This document shows, in pieces, positions 33,201 to 42,909 of a stretch of 51,766 bases of DNA. A model generated the notes under the pieces. The model saw nothing but the letters and a program-made list of their open reading frames with translations, made no database searches and was not told the DNA's origin. The number at the start of each line of letters is the position of its first letter. Positions within the stretch are counted from its first letter, which is position 1. A program made the position numbers and the translations under genes. This DNA comes from Patescibacteria group bacterium (lineage in GTDB: Bacteria; Patescibacteriota; Kazan-3B-28): positions 1 to 51,766 of the forward strand of contig JAKLDB010000001.1 of the NCBI GenBank assembly GCA_022703745.1. Direction: 5' to 3'.

Positions 33201-34464
33201 AGCAATAGCTCTATGGCTTTCTTTGTTTATGTTGCCATGGCAGTTGCGGCATACTTTTTACTTTGCCAATCTTGGTGGGAATTATTTTGAATATACGTCC
33301 ATTCATTTGTATATCACCGACTTACTGATAGTTATCTTATTGATATTGTGGTTCATTCGTCGGCCCAAGGTTTCCTTGCCTAATCAATTAGTTTGGCGTC
33401 CATTACTTCTATGGCTGGTATGGATTACTGTTTCTAGTTGGTACGGGATGGATTGGGGGAATAGTTTGCAACAAGCAACCCATTATTGGCTAATGTTCGG
33501 GTGGCTGATTTATTTGTTTAATAATATACGGGATTGGCGTCAAGTTTTGTGGCCGCTAGTTCTGGGTGCAGTCTTACAGGCGGTTTGGGGGATTGGTCAG
33601 TTTCTGGCTAACCATGATTTAGGAATGCAGATTTTAGGTGAGTCTCCACTTAGCCCGGATCAAGGAGGGGTAGCGGTAGTTGGGGATGAAGTTCGCCGAC
33701 AGATCCGAGCGGAAGGGATGTTGCCACATCCAAATATGCTGGGTGGACTGATAGCGTTTGTCATAGCCCCACTAGTGGCGTTGTATAACGGTGCGACTAG
33801 AAAACAGAAAAGTTTTTTGATCTTGCTTGCAGTGATTGTCGGTATTGGCCTAGTCTTGTCTTTTTCGAGAACGAGTTGGGCGGTGGTTTTGGCAGTCTTG
33901 TTAACAATGGTAGTTATTGGTTTTTGGCGAACAAAGAGATGGATGTGGATACCCCTAGCTGGAATTATGCTTGGAATATTGGTGACGGCTGCTTGGCAAT
34001 GGCCCAATGTTACCGAAAGGTTTTCGACTCAATCACGGTTGGAGCAAAAGTCGGTGGAAGATAGGGTTGAGAGTATTGATGATTGGAAGCAAGTTGTTGC
34101 GGGTAATGAAATGTTTGGGGCTGGGATGGGTAACTATACTCAAGCACTGGTAAAAATAGAACCGAATCAGTTGGCTTGGGTGTATAAGCCGATACATAAC
34201 ATTTACTTACTGCTAATAGCCGAAGGCGGTGTGGTTGGGTTTGGTATTTGGATATGGTTTGTATTGGCGACGGTTTGGTTATGGATAAGAGTGATTAGGC
34301 GGAGTTCGAATGGATGGTGGGTTGGAATGCCATTAGTGGGTATTTTGGCTACTGGATTGGTTGATCATTGGGCGGTTTCTTTCCAGCAGGGTCGTCTCTT
34401 ATTCTTTTTGGCTCTGGCGTTGATTATTTTAGAATCTAGGGTATTATTGGAGCGACAGAAGTAA
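33142..34464 (+). CDS. O-antigen ligase/Wzy_C-like polytopic membrane protein
   Basis: About 440 aa with at least 10 hydrophobic helices. The SFSRTSWAV block is followed by a periplasmic-type loop. The start is uncertain: ATG at 33142, or TTG at 33136, or ATG at 33229. Confidence 0.55.
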   Translation: MTRDIILEQWWKNSWPRKIEAIALWLSLFMLPWQLRHTFYFANLGGNYFEYTSIHLYITDLLIVILLILWFIRRPKVSLPNQLVWRPLLLWLVWITVSSWYGMDWGNSLQQATHYWLMFGWLIYLFNNIRDWRQVLWPLVLGAVLQAVWGIGQFLANHDLGMQILGESPLSPDQGGVAVVGDEVRRQIRAEGMLPHPNMLGGLIAFVIAPLVALYNGATRKQKSFLILLAVIVGIGLVLSFSRTSWAVVLAVLLTMVVIGFWRTKRWMWIPLAGIMLGILVTAAWQWPNVTERFSTQSRLEQKSVEDRVESIDDWKQVVAGNEMFGAGMGNYTQALVKIEPNQLAWVYKPIHNIYLLLIAEGGVVGFGIWIWFVLATVWLWIRVIRRSSNGWWVGMPLVGILATGLVDHWAVSFQQGRLLFFLALALIILESRVLLERQK

Positions 34465-34476
34465 CTTCTCTATCCT

Positions 34477-34884
34477 ATGGAAGAACAAGAACCAATTAGA
34501 GAACATCAAGAGAGTCATCAGGTGACTCGTAGTTCGGGTCATTTGAGCGGAGAGGATAAGGTTTTTGCGGCGCTATCTTATATCTCGGTGATGTTCATTA
34601 TTCCGCTTATTTTACGTCATGACCAAGATGAGGTTTATTTCCATGCAAGGCAGGGGATGGTGTTGTTTGGTGCCGAGGTTGTTGTATGGTTTGTTCTCTT
34701 TATGCTCGAATCCTTCGTGGTCGCACTTATGCCTACAACTAGTTTTGGTCTAGTGTCTATTTTGGGAGCAGCAGCTTGGATATTGTTTGTAGTGCTGAGC
34801 ACAATTGGAATATATTTCATCTTCCGAAACAAAAAGTGGGAGATGCCAATACTGGGTAAGATTGCCAAGCGGATTGAAGTGTAG
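34477..34884 (+). CDS. Small membrane protein, DUF4870-like
   Basis: 135 aa. EDKVFAALSYISVMFIIPLIL...YFHARQGMVLF is the typical DUF4870 opening. Three to four TM helices are present. Confidence 0.45.
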   Translation: MEEQEPIREHQESHQVTRSSGHLSGEDKVFAALSYISVMFIIPLILRHDQDEVYFHARQGMVLFGAEVVVWFVLFMLESFVVALMPTTSFGLVSILGAAAWILFVVLSTIGIYFIFRNKKWEMPILGKIAKRIEV

Positions 34885-34947
34885 TTTAGTGTGAGGCTAG
34901 TTAGGGTATTGCTATGCCACTAGTTTGCCCTCTTTAGGTTGAATTAC

Positions 34948-35023
34948 GGGCCGTTGGCTCAGTTGGTAGAGCGCCTCCATGGCATGGAGGAGGTCACCGG
35001 TTCGAATCCGGTACGGTCCACCA
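34948..35023 (+). tRNA. tRNA-Ala (anticodon GGC), CCA encoded
   Basis: Acceptor stem GGGCCGT pairs with ACGGTCC and includes the G3:U70 Ala identity pair. The anticodon loop is ATGGCAT. The T-loop is GGTTCGAATCC. Confidence 0.9.
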
Positions 35024-35027
35024 AAAC

Positions 35028-35051
35028 AAAATTGCCCCGAAGGGCAATTTT
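35028..35051. terminator. Bidirectional intrinsic terminator
   Basis: aaaattgccc (35028-35037) pairs with gggcaatttt (35042-35051) across the loop cgaa. A/T runs flank both sides. It lies between tRNA-Ala and a convergent gene. Confidence 0.6.
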
Positions 35052-35076
35052 GTAAGTTCAACAATTTATTTGAGGC

Positions 35077-36168
35077 TTAGGTATTCTTCATGAGGTTAAT
35101 GGAGGTGTGAGCAGATTTGCTAATCCCACCGCTGGTAGCCTTGACGTAGATCGGTCCAGCCCATCCGACTCGGTTCGGATCCAGATTCATACTTAGGTTT
35201 AGATATGCACTGCCGTCTGTACGAATTCCTTGGGTCGTAGTTGGGTGTGCCCAACTTGGGATTCCAGATGTTGTCCAGGTGTAAGTAGCTGTTGTTTTGT
35301 TACCAGCTGAATCAAAGGCTTGGGCAGTGAAGGTATATGTTTTTCCGGAGAAGTAAGTACCCATTTTGGGTGTTATTACCACAGATTCCAAAGTCGGTTT
35401 GGCAATGACAGAGACAAATTGTGCTGCTGATACAGTAGTACCCCGGTAAGTAGCATCCATGAAGACAATGAAGTGTCCGCCCGATGGATTTGTAGGCCAA
35501 ATTTTTACCGATGGGCCGGTAGACTGAAGGTCGTGGAAGGCTGCAGTTGCCGTTCCGTTTTGGATCCTCCATTTGTATTGGACTTGAGCATTGTTCATTG
35601 CAACTGCTTTTTCGTCGAAAGATTTTGCGTTCAAAGTTAAGCTTTGACCGAATGCCATTTTGAAATAGTTGGAACTAGAAGTAATTTGGGCTGAAGCAAT
35701 TTTGCGAGGAGAAACTCGAATGGTAGTACCAAATTCTTTGGTAGTGTTCCCGAAGGTAGCAACAACCTTTAAAAGACTCCATCCACCATTATTTGGTGCG
35801 GAAACAGCTGTTACTCGAACTTGACCAGAAGAAGTGTTGCTGAGGGTTGTTTTTACTCCAACGCTAGTTCCGGGGGCATCGTTAATCCATCTGTAAGTTG
35901 GAGTTCCTGCAGAGGCGGAAAGACCTTTGACCGTAGCATTAACGTAAGTGCTTTGTCCTTCGGCAAGACTAATGCTGGTGGGATCAACTTGAAGTTCTTG
36001 TAGAGTGTTGCCAGTCAAAGTAGAAGCATCTGCTCCAGCAAAGATTCCTTGTTTTTGTGCATACCAACCCAAAAGGCCAACTACGACGATTACCGCAACT
36101 GGTAGAATCCAACCAAGGGATTTTTGTTTTTTCTGACGGTGACGACTCGAAGTTTTAGACTTTTTCAT
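35077..36168 (-). CDS. Membrane-anchored surface protein with bacterial Ig-like (Big_2-like) domains
   Basis: 363 aa. A basic N-terminus is followed by the TM helix LGWILPVAVIVVVGLLGWY. Repeated beta-rich modules follow (...VRVTAVS..., ...YTFTAQAFDSAGN...). Confidence 0.45.
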   Translation of the reverse strand: MKKSKTSSRHRQKKQKSLGWILPVAVIVVVGLLGWYAQKQGIFAGADASTLTGNTLQELQVDPTSISLAEGQSTYVNATVKGLSASAGTPTYRWINDAPGTSVGVKTTLSNTSSGQVRVTAVSAPNNGGWSLLKVVATFGNTTKEFGTTIRVSPRKIASAQITSSSNYFKMAFGQSLTLNAKSFDEKAVAMNNAQVQYKWRIQNGTATAAFHDLQSTGPSVKIWPTNPSGGHFIVFMDATYRGTTVSAAQFVSVIAKPTLESVVITPKMGTYFSGKTYTFTAQAFDSAGNKTTATYTWTTSGIPSWAHPTTTQGIRTDGSAYLNLSMNLDPNRVGWAGPIYVKATSGGISKSAHTSINLMKNT

Positions 36169-36300
36169 CTTGTTTAAAGTAAGGTTAGTGGATATATGAA
36201 AGTTAGGGATAAATACAAATAAAGTATCCTCTTTTTATCTCTAAATTACTATATATAGAGTAGGGAACGGCTTTGGGCTTGTTTTTGTTATGATATACCC

Positions 36301-38642
36301 ATGGCAGAAGAGAAATATGAGCACAAAGAGGTAGAGCTGAAATGGCAGAAGTACTGGGCATATAACCAGATTTTTAAGGCGATTGATCAAGACAAGCGGC
36401 CAAAGTTTTACGCAATGGACATGTTCGCATATCCATCAGGGGATGGTTTGCATACAGGGCATCCTCGTAGCTACACGGCTACAGATATTTTTGCTCGCTA
36501 TTACAGAATGAAGGGCTACAACGTAATGCGTCCAGTTGGCTGGGATGCATTTGGTTTGCCCGCAGAAAATTATGCTATCAAAAAGGGGGTTCATCCAAGT
36601 CAAACTACAAAAGATAATATTGCTAACTTTACTCGGCAGGTGAAGGCGTTTGGATTTGCATACGATTGGGATAGAGAGGTAAATACTTCTGATTCTAATT
36701 ACTACAAATGGACACAGTGGATCTTTAAAGTTCTGTATGACAACGGTTATGCGTATCAAAAGGAAGCATATGCCAATTGGTGTTCTGGTTGTCAGACGGT
36801 GTTAGCGAATGAACAGGTGAACGATGGTAAGTGTGATCGGTGTGGAACACAAGTGGAGCAGAAGAAACTTAAGCAGTGGTTTTTCCGGATACGGATTTTG
36901 CCGAAGAGTTGCTGGAAGGATTAGACAGACTCGATTGGCCAGAGTCTACTAAGACAGGACAACGTAATTGGATTGGAAAAAGTGAGGGAGCAATGTTGAG
37001 GTTCAAATCGGGCGATTTGGATATCGAGGTATTTACAACAAGACCAGATACATTATTCGGAGCTACATTTATGGTGTTGGCGCCAGAACACGAATTAGTG
37101 AGTCAGCTTACAACTCCCCAGCAGAAAATGGCGGTTGAGGAATATGTGGCTCAGACTAGATTAAAGACGAATTTGGATCGGATGATGGCAAAAGAAAAAA
37201 CGGGAGTGTTTACTGGAAGTTTTGCGGTGAATCCAGCAACTGGAAAAGAAATTCCAATTTGGATCGCTGATTACGTACTAACTGATTATGGAACGGGAGC
37301 GATTATGGCGGTTCCAGCGCATGACGAGCGGGATTTTGAATTTGCTCAAAAGTTTGATTTGTCAGTAGTTCAGGTTATTAAGTCTGGTGAAAAACTTTAT
37401 TCCGGACATGGGGAGCTGATGAATTCGGGTGAGTTTGATGGACAGGATTCAAAAAAGGCTGGACTAGAGATGGTAAAGAGGTTTGGTGGAGAGATGAAGG
37501 TACAGTACAAATTGCACGATTGGCTAATTTCTCGTCAAAGATATTGGGGGGCGCCAATCCCAATCGTTTATTTGAACGACGGAACGGTGAAAAGCTTGGA
37601 TGAAAAAGATTTGCCAGTGTTACTTCCTACAGATGTAGATTTTACCCCTAAAGGTGAATCGCCATTGGCTGGTTCGAAGACTTTCCAGGAAGAAATAGAA
37701 AAGTATGGTTCAGGAGTAAAGCGGGAACTAGATACTATGGATACGTTTGTATGTTCTTCGTGGTATTTTTTACGCTACTGTGATCCGAATAACGGAAAGG
37801 AATTTGCTAGCAAGGAACAGTTGAAGTATTGGATGCCGGTAGATTTATATATTGGTGGAGCGGAACATACTAATGGGCATTTGCTCTATGCAAGATTTAT
37901 TACAAAAGTATTAAAGAAACTTGGCTATCTATCTTTTGATGAACCATTTTTGAAGTTGAGGCATCAAGGATTGGTACTGGGAACAGATGGAGAGAAGATG
38001 AGCAAGAGCCGGGGAAATGTAATAAACCCTGATGATTTAATAGAGCAATTCGGAGCAGATACGGTACGAATGTACGAAATGTTTATGGGTCCGTTCGACC
38101 AATCTATTGCTTGGGATACGAATGGAGTGGTTGGGGTGAGAAAGTTCTTGGATCGAGTTTACCGAATAGTAAACAGTCGGTCGGGTAAGGTGAGTGGACA
38201 AAGCGATGCGATTCATATGCTGATTAAAAAAGTAACCGAGGATATCGAGGGGATGAAGTTTAATACAGCAGTTGCTGCTTTCATGGAATTCATCAATGAG
38301 GTATCTAAAGAAGATAGTAATAATTGGTTGGGGGATTTCGTGAAACTACTAAACCCGTTCGCACCACATTTGGCAGAAGAGTTGTGGCAGAAAGTGTTGG
38401 GCGAAAAAGAGAGCGTATCAGACGCACAGTGGCCCGTATTTGACCCTAAAAAAGCAAAGGCAACAACGGTTACAATTGTGGTTCAGGAGAAAGGGAAGTT
38501 ACGTGGCACGGTAAGTGTTCCTGCTGGATCAGACGAGCAAGTGGTGTTAGCTGCAGTTCATGAGAATGAAAAACTAGCAGCTTTGGCAGCTGGTTCGTCT
38601 AAGCATATTTTTGTTCAAGATAAGATTGTAAATTTTGTGTAA
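36301..38642 (+). pseudogene. leuS: Leucine--tRNA ligase interrupted by one frame change near 36885-36893 (a true frameshift or a 1-nt sequencing error)
   Basis: ORF 36301-36924 carries the N-terminus (PSGDGLHTGHPRSY HIGH region). ORF 36876-38642, in the -1 frame, carries the rest (TTRPDTLFGATFMVLAPEH, GTGAIMAVPAHDERDFEFA, KMSKSRGN). Joining them after ...QWFFRI gives QWFFRI|TDFAEELL, the conserved LeuRS block. Confidence 0.85.
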
Positions 38643-39265
38643 TGGACGAATTGCAAACAACTACTAAGGATACCGTTTCGGTTGAGGCGGAATGGAAAAG
38701 GGTGGAGCAGCTACTTGCCGCTAAGGATGATGCAAGTTGGGCGATGGCGGTGGTGGAGGCGGCGAAGATTTTTCGTCAGGTACTAGATGAGGTGAGTTTT
38801 GGTGAGAGTGTTGAGGAACGGATTCGTAATGCAGGAGAGTTGTTTCGAGATGTTAAAGCGTTACTTTCGGCAGAAAAAGTTTACCAACATATTCTAGGCC
38901 ATATTGGACATCGGGTAACAAAGACAGACGCTAGTAAAGCGAGCGCTGCTTTTTTACAGGGAATTCTAGACATGATAGGTAGAGATTGGAAAGAACGAGG
39001 ATGGTTCGAAAGATGGACTACGGGTTTGAACTATTTTTGGGGGACTCACCCGCGGATGCTTATAGGTTTTTTGACGGGGATTTTAATTTTTGTTTTATTG
39101 GTTTGGTTCCTGGCTAAAGTGGAGATTGGGAAATGGCTGGTTGGGTTAGCAGTGGGGTTTGCTGATTTTATGCTAGCTAGCCCTGTTTTGCTAGGAGGGT
39201 TGGGGTTAGCGCTAGTTATTTCCATCTTTTTAGGGATAGCATTTTCAGGTCGGCGTAGGGGGTAA
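38642..39265 (+). CDS. Hypothetical membrane protein
   Basis: 207 aa. A soluble helical N-terminal half is followed by 2-3 C-terminal TM helices. The ATG overlaps the leuS stop (TAATG). Confidence 0.45.
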   Translation: MDELQTTTKDTVSVEAEWKRVEQLLAAKDDASWAMAVVEAAKIFRQVLDEVSFGESVEERIRNAGELFRDVKALLSAEKVYQHILGHIGHRVTKTDASKASAAFLQGILDMIGRDWKERGWFERWTTGLNYFWGTHPRMLIGFLTGILIFVLLVWFLAKVEIGKWLVGLAVGFADFMLASPVLLGGLGLALVISIFLGIAFSGRRRG

Positions 39266-39356
39266 GGGGTTGCTTCTTGATTCCTGGGTCTGGGAGAAGG
39301 TGATAGAATTAGGGGTACCGTTTTATACCAACTTCTTGAAGATAGGGAGGTGAGGA

Positions 39357-42300
39357 GTGAAGTTTGTGCATCTGCATCTGCACAGCCATTACAGTCTGCT
39401 CGATGGTATGACGAAGATACCAGATTTGGTAAAGAAAATCGTAGAGCAGGGAAGCGAAGCGGCGGCGTTGACCGACCACGGGGTGATGTACGGTGCAATT
39501 GAATTTTACAAAGAATGTAAGTCGGCTGGTATTAAGCCGATTATTGGTAATGAGGTTTATGTTACAGCTGGGCAGATGTCAGATCGTGAGACTACTCGGG
39601 GAGAGCGGAATTATTTCCATTTAGTTTTACTTGCAAAAGATCTCGAAGGATACCGTAACTTAATGAAATTGACTACAGAGGCGCATCTGCGGGGATTTTA
39701 TTACAAACCGAGAATTGATCGTGAAGCATTAAAGAAATATTCTGGGGGGCTGGTGGCAATGTCGGGATGCTTGAAGGGGGAAGTAGCGCAGGCGATACTG
39801 GCCAACGACTTAGAAAAAGCTAGGTCGGTGGCAGTATGGCACAAGGAAGTTTTTGGAGGAGATTATTACCTAGAGCTACAGTACCATCCAAATATTCCCG
39901 AACAATCAAAAGTAAATGATACACTAATTTCACTTTCTCAAGAGTTAAATATTCCGTTAGTAGCGACGGCAGATTCTCATTACTTGTCTGCAGATGACGC
40001 AGAAGCACAGGATGTATTACTGTGTGTGCAGACGGCTACGCATTTGGCTGACACAAATAGGATGTCTATGCGCGGTGAAGAGTATCACGTAAGAGAACCA
40101 CAGGAGATTATCGAAGCGTTTAGGCATGTTCCTGAGGCGGTTGAAAATACCGTTAAAATTTCTGATAAATGTAATTTAGAGATCCCGATGGGGAAGTTGG
40201 TTTTCCCCAAATTTGTTCCCCCTGGTGGGAAAACTGTTGATGCATTCTTTCTAGAGCAGGTGGAAGCGGGGCTGAAGATGCGGTTTGGTGAAAAGATAAA
40301 TGACGTGATTCGCCAACGTTTGGATTACGAGATTGGGGTTATTGCTCAGATGGGATACAAGGGATATATGCTGACGGTGGCAGATTTTGTGAATTGGGCT
40401 AAAGATCAGGGCATTGTGGTCGGACCGGGGAGGGGAAGTGCCGCAGGCAGTTTGGTTTCATACGTCTTGCGTATTACCGAAGTAAATCCTCTAGAGCACG
40501 GATTACTTTTTGAACGTTTTCTTAATCCAGAACGTGTGAGTATGCCGGATATCGATTTGGATTTTGCGGATGATCGGAGGGCGGAAGTAATTGAATATGT
40601 TAGGCAAAAGTATGGGAATGATAAGGTAGCACAGATTATTACTTTTGGGACTATGGCTTCTCGAGCGGCGATTCGGGATGTCGGAAGAGTTCTCGGAGTA
40701 CCGTATGGCGAGGTGGACAAGATTGCCAAACTAATTCCGCCACCCCAGCAGGGGAAATTTACTCCCTTAAAAAAACATATTGAAAGTGTACAGGAGTTGA
40801 GGGCTATCTATGAAGGAAGTGAGATGGCTAAGAAGCTAATCGATCTTTCTATGAGGTTGGAGGGAACTATTCGGCATGCATCGGTGCACGCAGCAGGGGT
40901 GGTGATTGGAGACATAGATCTTACAAATTACACTCCCGTTCAATATTCTCCATCGGATGATAAGGTCTTGGTAACTCAATATTCAATGTATCCGTTGGAA
41001 TCCATTGGGCTTTTGAAAATGGATTTTTTGGGGCTAAAGAATCTTACGATTATCAAGAATGCTTTGAGAATCATTAGAAAGATTCATGAAAAAGAAATCA
41101 ACTTGAGCGAGCTACCTTTTGATGATAAAAAAACTTTTACTCTTCTTGCAGCAACTAATACGACGGGTGTCTTTCAGTTGGAAGGTGAGGGGATGAGGCG
41201 GTATTTGAAGGAACTAAGGCCGAGTGTCTTTGGAGACATTGCTGCTATGGTTGCGCTGTATAGGCCGGGTCCAATTGAGCTTATTCCAGATTTTATTGCT
41301 CGTAAGCACGGATTGAAAAAGATAGAATACTTGCATCCTAAACTGGAACCGATCTTGAAAGATACATATGGTATTGCAGTGTATCAGGAACAGGTTTTGC
41401 AGATCGCTCGGGATCTTTGTGGGTTTACATTAGGTGAAGCAGATGTTTTGAGAAGGGCGATTGGAAAGAAAAATGTAAAACTTTTAAATGAGCAGAAAGA
41501 GAAATTTATTGCTGGAGGTATTGCTAACGGGGTGAGAGCAGATATTGCCGAACAACTGTTTCATTTTGTCGAGCCATTTGCACTTTATGGTTTCAACCGA
41601 GCACATGCTGTGAGCTATGCGGTGATTGCTTACTGGACAGCGTATCTCAAGGCACATTTCCCCAATGCATTCATGGCCGCGCTAATGACATCTGACCAGC
41701 AGGACTTGGAAAGAATCGCCAAAGATATTGCCGAGTGTGAGCATATGAAGATACGGGTTTTGCCACCCTCGGTAAATAAAAGTTTTACTGATTTTGCCGT
41801 GGTGAAGGAAACTGGAGATATTGTTTTCGGGTTGAATGCTATAAAAAATGTAGGACAAAAAGTCTCTGACATTATTGTCGAAGAGCGGCAAAAGAATGGC
41901 TTGTACCAAAGCTTGGCGGACTTTATCAAACGTGTCGGCAAGGAAGTGGTAAATCGCAAAACTTTAGAGAGTTTAATTTTGGCGGGAGCATTGGATGACT
42001 TTGGAGAGAGGAACGCTTTGTTTAGTAATGTTGAATCAATTCTGAACTTTTCTTCTGAGCACCAAAGACATTTGAATTCAAACCAGCTGGGAATATTTGG
42101 CAAAGAGGAAGTGGCAACTCGGCAAACAATTCAGCTTGTTTCAGCGGATTCGGCTACTGATCAGCAAAAATTGATATGGGAAAAAGAATATCTAGGAACT
42201 TTTGTTTCCAAGCATCCCTTGAAGGAAATTATGCCACGGCTATCTGGCGTTGTGAGGTCTGCGGTTTCTCTTTCTGGAGCAGATGATGGCAGGACTGCAA

Positions 42301-42875
42301 AAGTAGCAGGGGTGGTGACTAGAGTGCAGAAAGTATTTACCAAAAACGGTGATGCAATGTTATTCGTCACGTTAGAAGATTTGGGAGGAACGATTGAGGC
42401 GATAGTTTTTCCACGGGTATTGGATGTTACCCGAAGTGTTTGGGAACGCGACAAAGTGGTATTGGTATCCGGTAAGGTAACGGTAAAAGAACGAGTGGAG
42501 AATCAGGGCGAAAGTATTGCAATACTTGCGGAACCCAAGATTTTAGTCGGTGAAGCATATGAAGTTACTAATGCGTATTTAAAGCAATTGGAAGAAGCGG
42601 TAGCGATGACTAGTAAAGCAGACAATCGATCTGGGGTGGTTCAGTCGATGGTTCAGAATTTTGAGTATACAGAAGAGGGGATGTTGATAAAATTACCTAA
42701 AGCCTTTACAAATGCCAAATTGACAATTTTAAAGCAGGTTCTGGGAAAATATCCGGGTGTGAATAAAGTGATGCTAGAGGTATTTAGTAATGGCCGATGG
42801 CAAAAAGTTCCCACTAATGCGCAAGCGGCGAAATCTTCGGAGTTAGAAAGGGAGCTTTCCCAAATTCTTAAGTAA
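39357..42875 (+). CDS. dnaE: DNA polymerase III alpha subunit
   Basis: 1172 aa. The GTG start is preceded by AGGGAGGTGAGG. The PHP domain opens (M)KFVHLHLHSHYSLLDG. Palm and fingers blocks (MPDIDLDF, KMDFLGLKNL) and a C-terminal OB fold are present. Confidence 0.9.
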   Translation: MKFVHLHLHSHYSLLDGMTKIPDLVKKIVEQGSEAAALTDHGVMYGAIEFYKECKSAGIKPIIGNEVYVTAGQMSDRETTRGERNYFHLVLLAKDLEGYRNLMKLTTEAHLRGFYYKPRIDREALKKYSGGLVAMSGCLKGEVAQAILANDLEKARSVAVWHKEVFGGDYYLELQYHPNIPEQSKVNDTLISLSQELNIPLVATADSHYLSADDAEAQDVLLCVQTATHLADTNRMSMRGEEYHVREPQEIIEAFRHVPEAVENTVKISDKCNLEIPMGKLVFPKFVPPGGKTVDAFFLEQVEAGLKMRFGEKINDVIRQRLDYEIGVIAQMGYKGYMLTVADFVNWAKDQGIVVGPGRGSAAGSLVSYVLRITEVNPLEHGLLFERFLNPERVSMPDIDLDFADDRRAEVIEYVRQKYGNDKVAQIITFGTMASRAAIRDVGRVLGVPYGEVDKIAKLIPPPQQGKFTPLKKHIESVQELRAIYEGSEMAKKLIDLSMRLEGTIRHASVHAAGVVIGDIDLTNYTPVQYSPSDDKVLVTQYSMYPLESIGLLKMDFLGLKNLTIIKNALRIIRKIHEKEINLSELPFDDKKTFTLLAATNTTGVFQLEGEGMRRYLKELRPSVFGDIAAMVALYRPGPIELIPDFIARKHGLKKIEYLHPKLEPILKDTYGIAVYQEQVLQIARDLCGFTLGEADVLRRAIGKKNVKLLNEQKEKFIAGGIANGVRADIAEQLFHFVEPFALYGFNRAHAVSYAVIAYWTAYLKAHFPNAFMAALMTSDQQDLERIAKDIAECEHMKIRVLPPSVNKSFTDFAVVKETGDIVFGLNAIKNVGQKVSDIIVEERQKNGLYQSLADFIKRVGKEVVNRKTLESLILAGALDDFGERNALFSNVESILNFSSEHQRHLNSNQLGIFGKEEVATRQTIQLVSADSATDQQKLIWEKEYLGTFVSKHPLKEIMPRLSGVVRSAVSLSGADDGRTAKVAGVVTRVQKVFTKNGDAMLFVTLEDLGGTIEAIVFPRVLDVTRSVWERDKVVLVSGKVTVKERVENQGESIAILAEPKILVGEAYEVTNAYLKQLEEAVAMTSKADNRSGVVQSMVQNFEYTEEGMLIKLPKAFTNAKLTILKQVLGKYPGVNKVMLEVFSNGRWQKVPTNAQAAKSSELERELSQILK

Positions 42876-42909
42876 GATTGTACTTTAATAAAAAAGGAGG
42901 TGGCCGCAA

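Noticed and set aside
36169-36300. T-box or other riboswitch leaders upstream of the aaRS genes (leuS, valS, trpS).
   Set aside because: The upstream gaps are 132, 3 and 41 nt, too short for a T-box of roughly 200-300 nt. I saw no specifier-loop or T-box consensus. A -10 box sits directly next to the leuS ATG.
36876-36890. Programmed -1 ribosomal frameshifting at the T5 run (tggtttttcc) in leuS.
   Set aside because: The run is G-TTT-TTC, not a canonical X-XXY-YYZ heptamer. I saw no downstream pseudoknot or hairpin. Shifting there gives QWFFPDTD, which fits the conserved block less well than a 1-nt indel after ATA (QWFFRITD). aaRS genes are not known to use such recoding.
36876-38642. A naturally split LeuRS in two subunits, as in Aquifex aeolicus, starting at GTG 36876.
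   Set aside because: The GTG has no SD or promoter context. The break falls inside a conserved motif rather than at a domain boundary. The two ORFs overlap out of frame, exactly as expected for an indel.
39277-39309. Candidate dnaE promoter TTGATT ... TGaTAGAAT.
   Set aside because: The spacer is 21 nt by my count, outside the functional 16-19 nt range. The -10 element alone may still function, but I do not call it.
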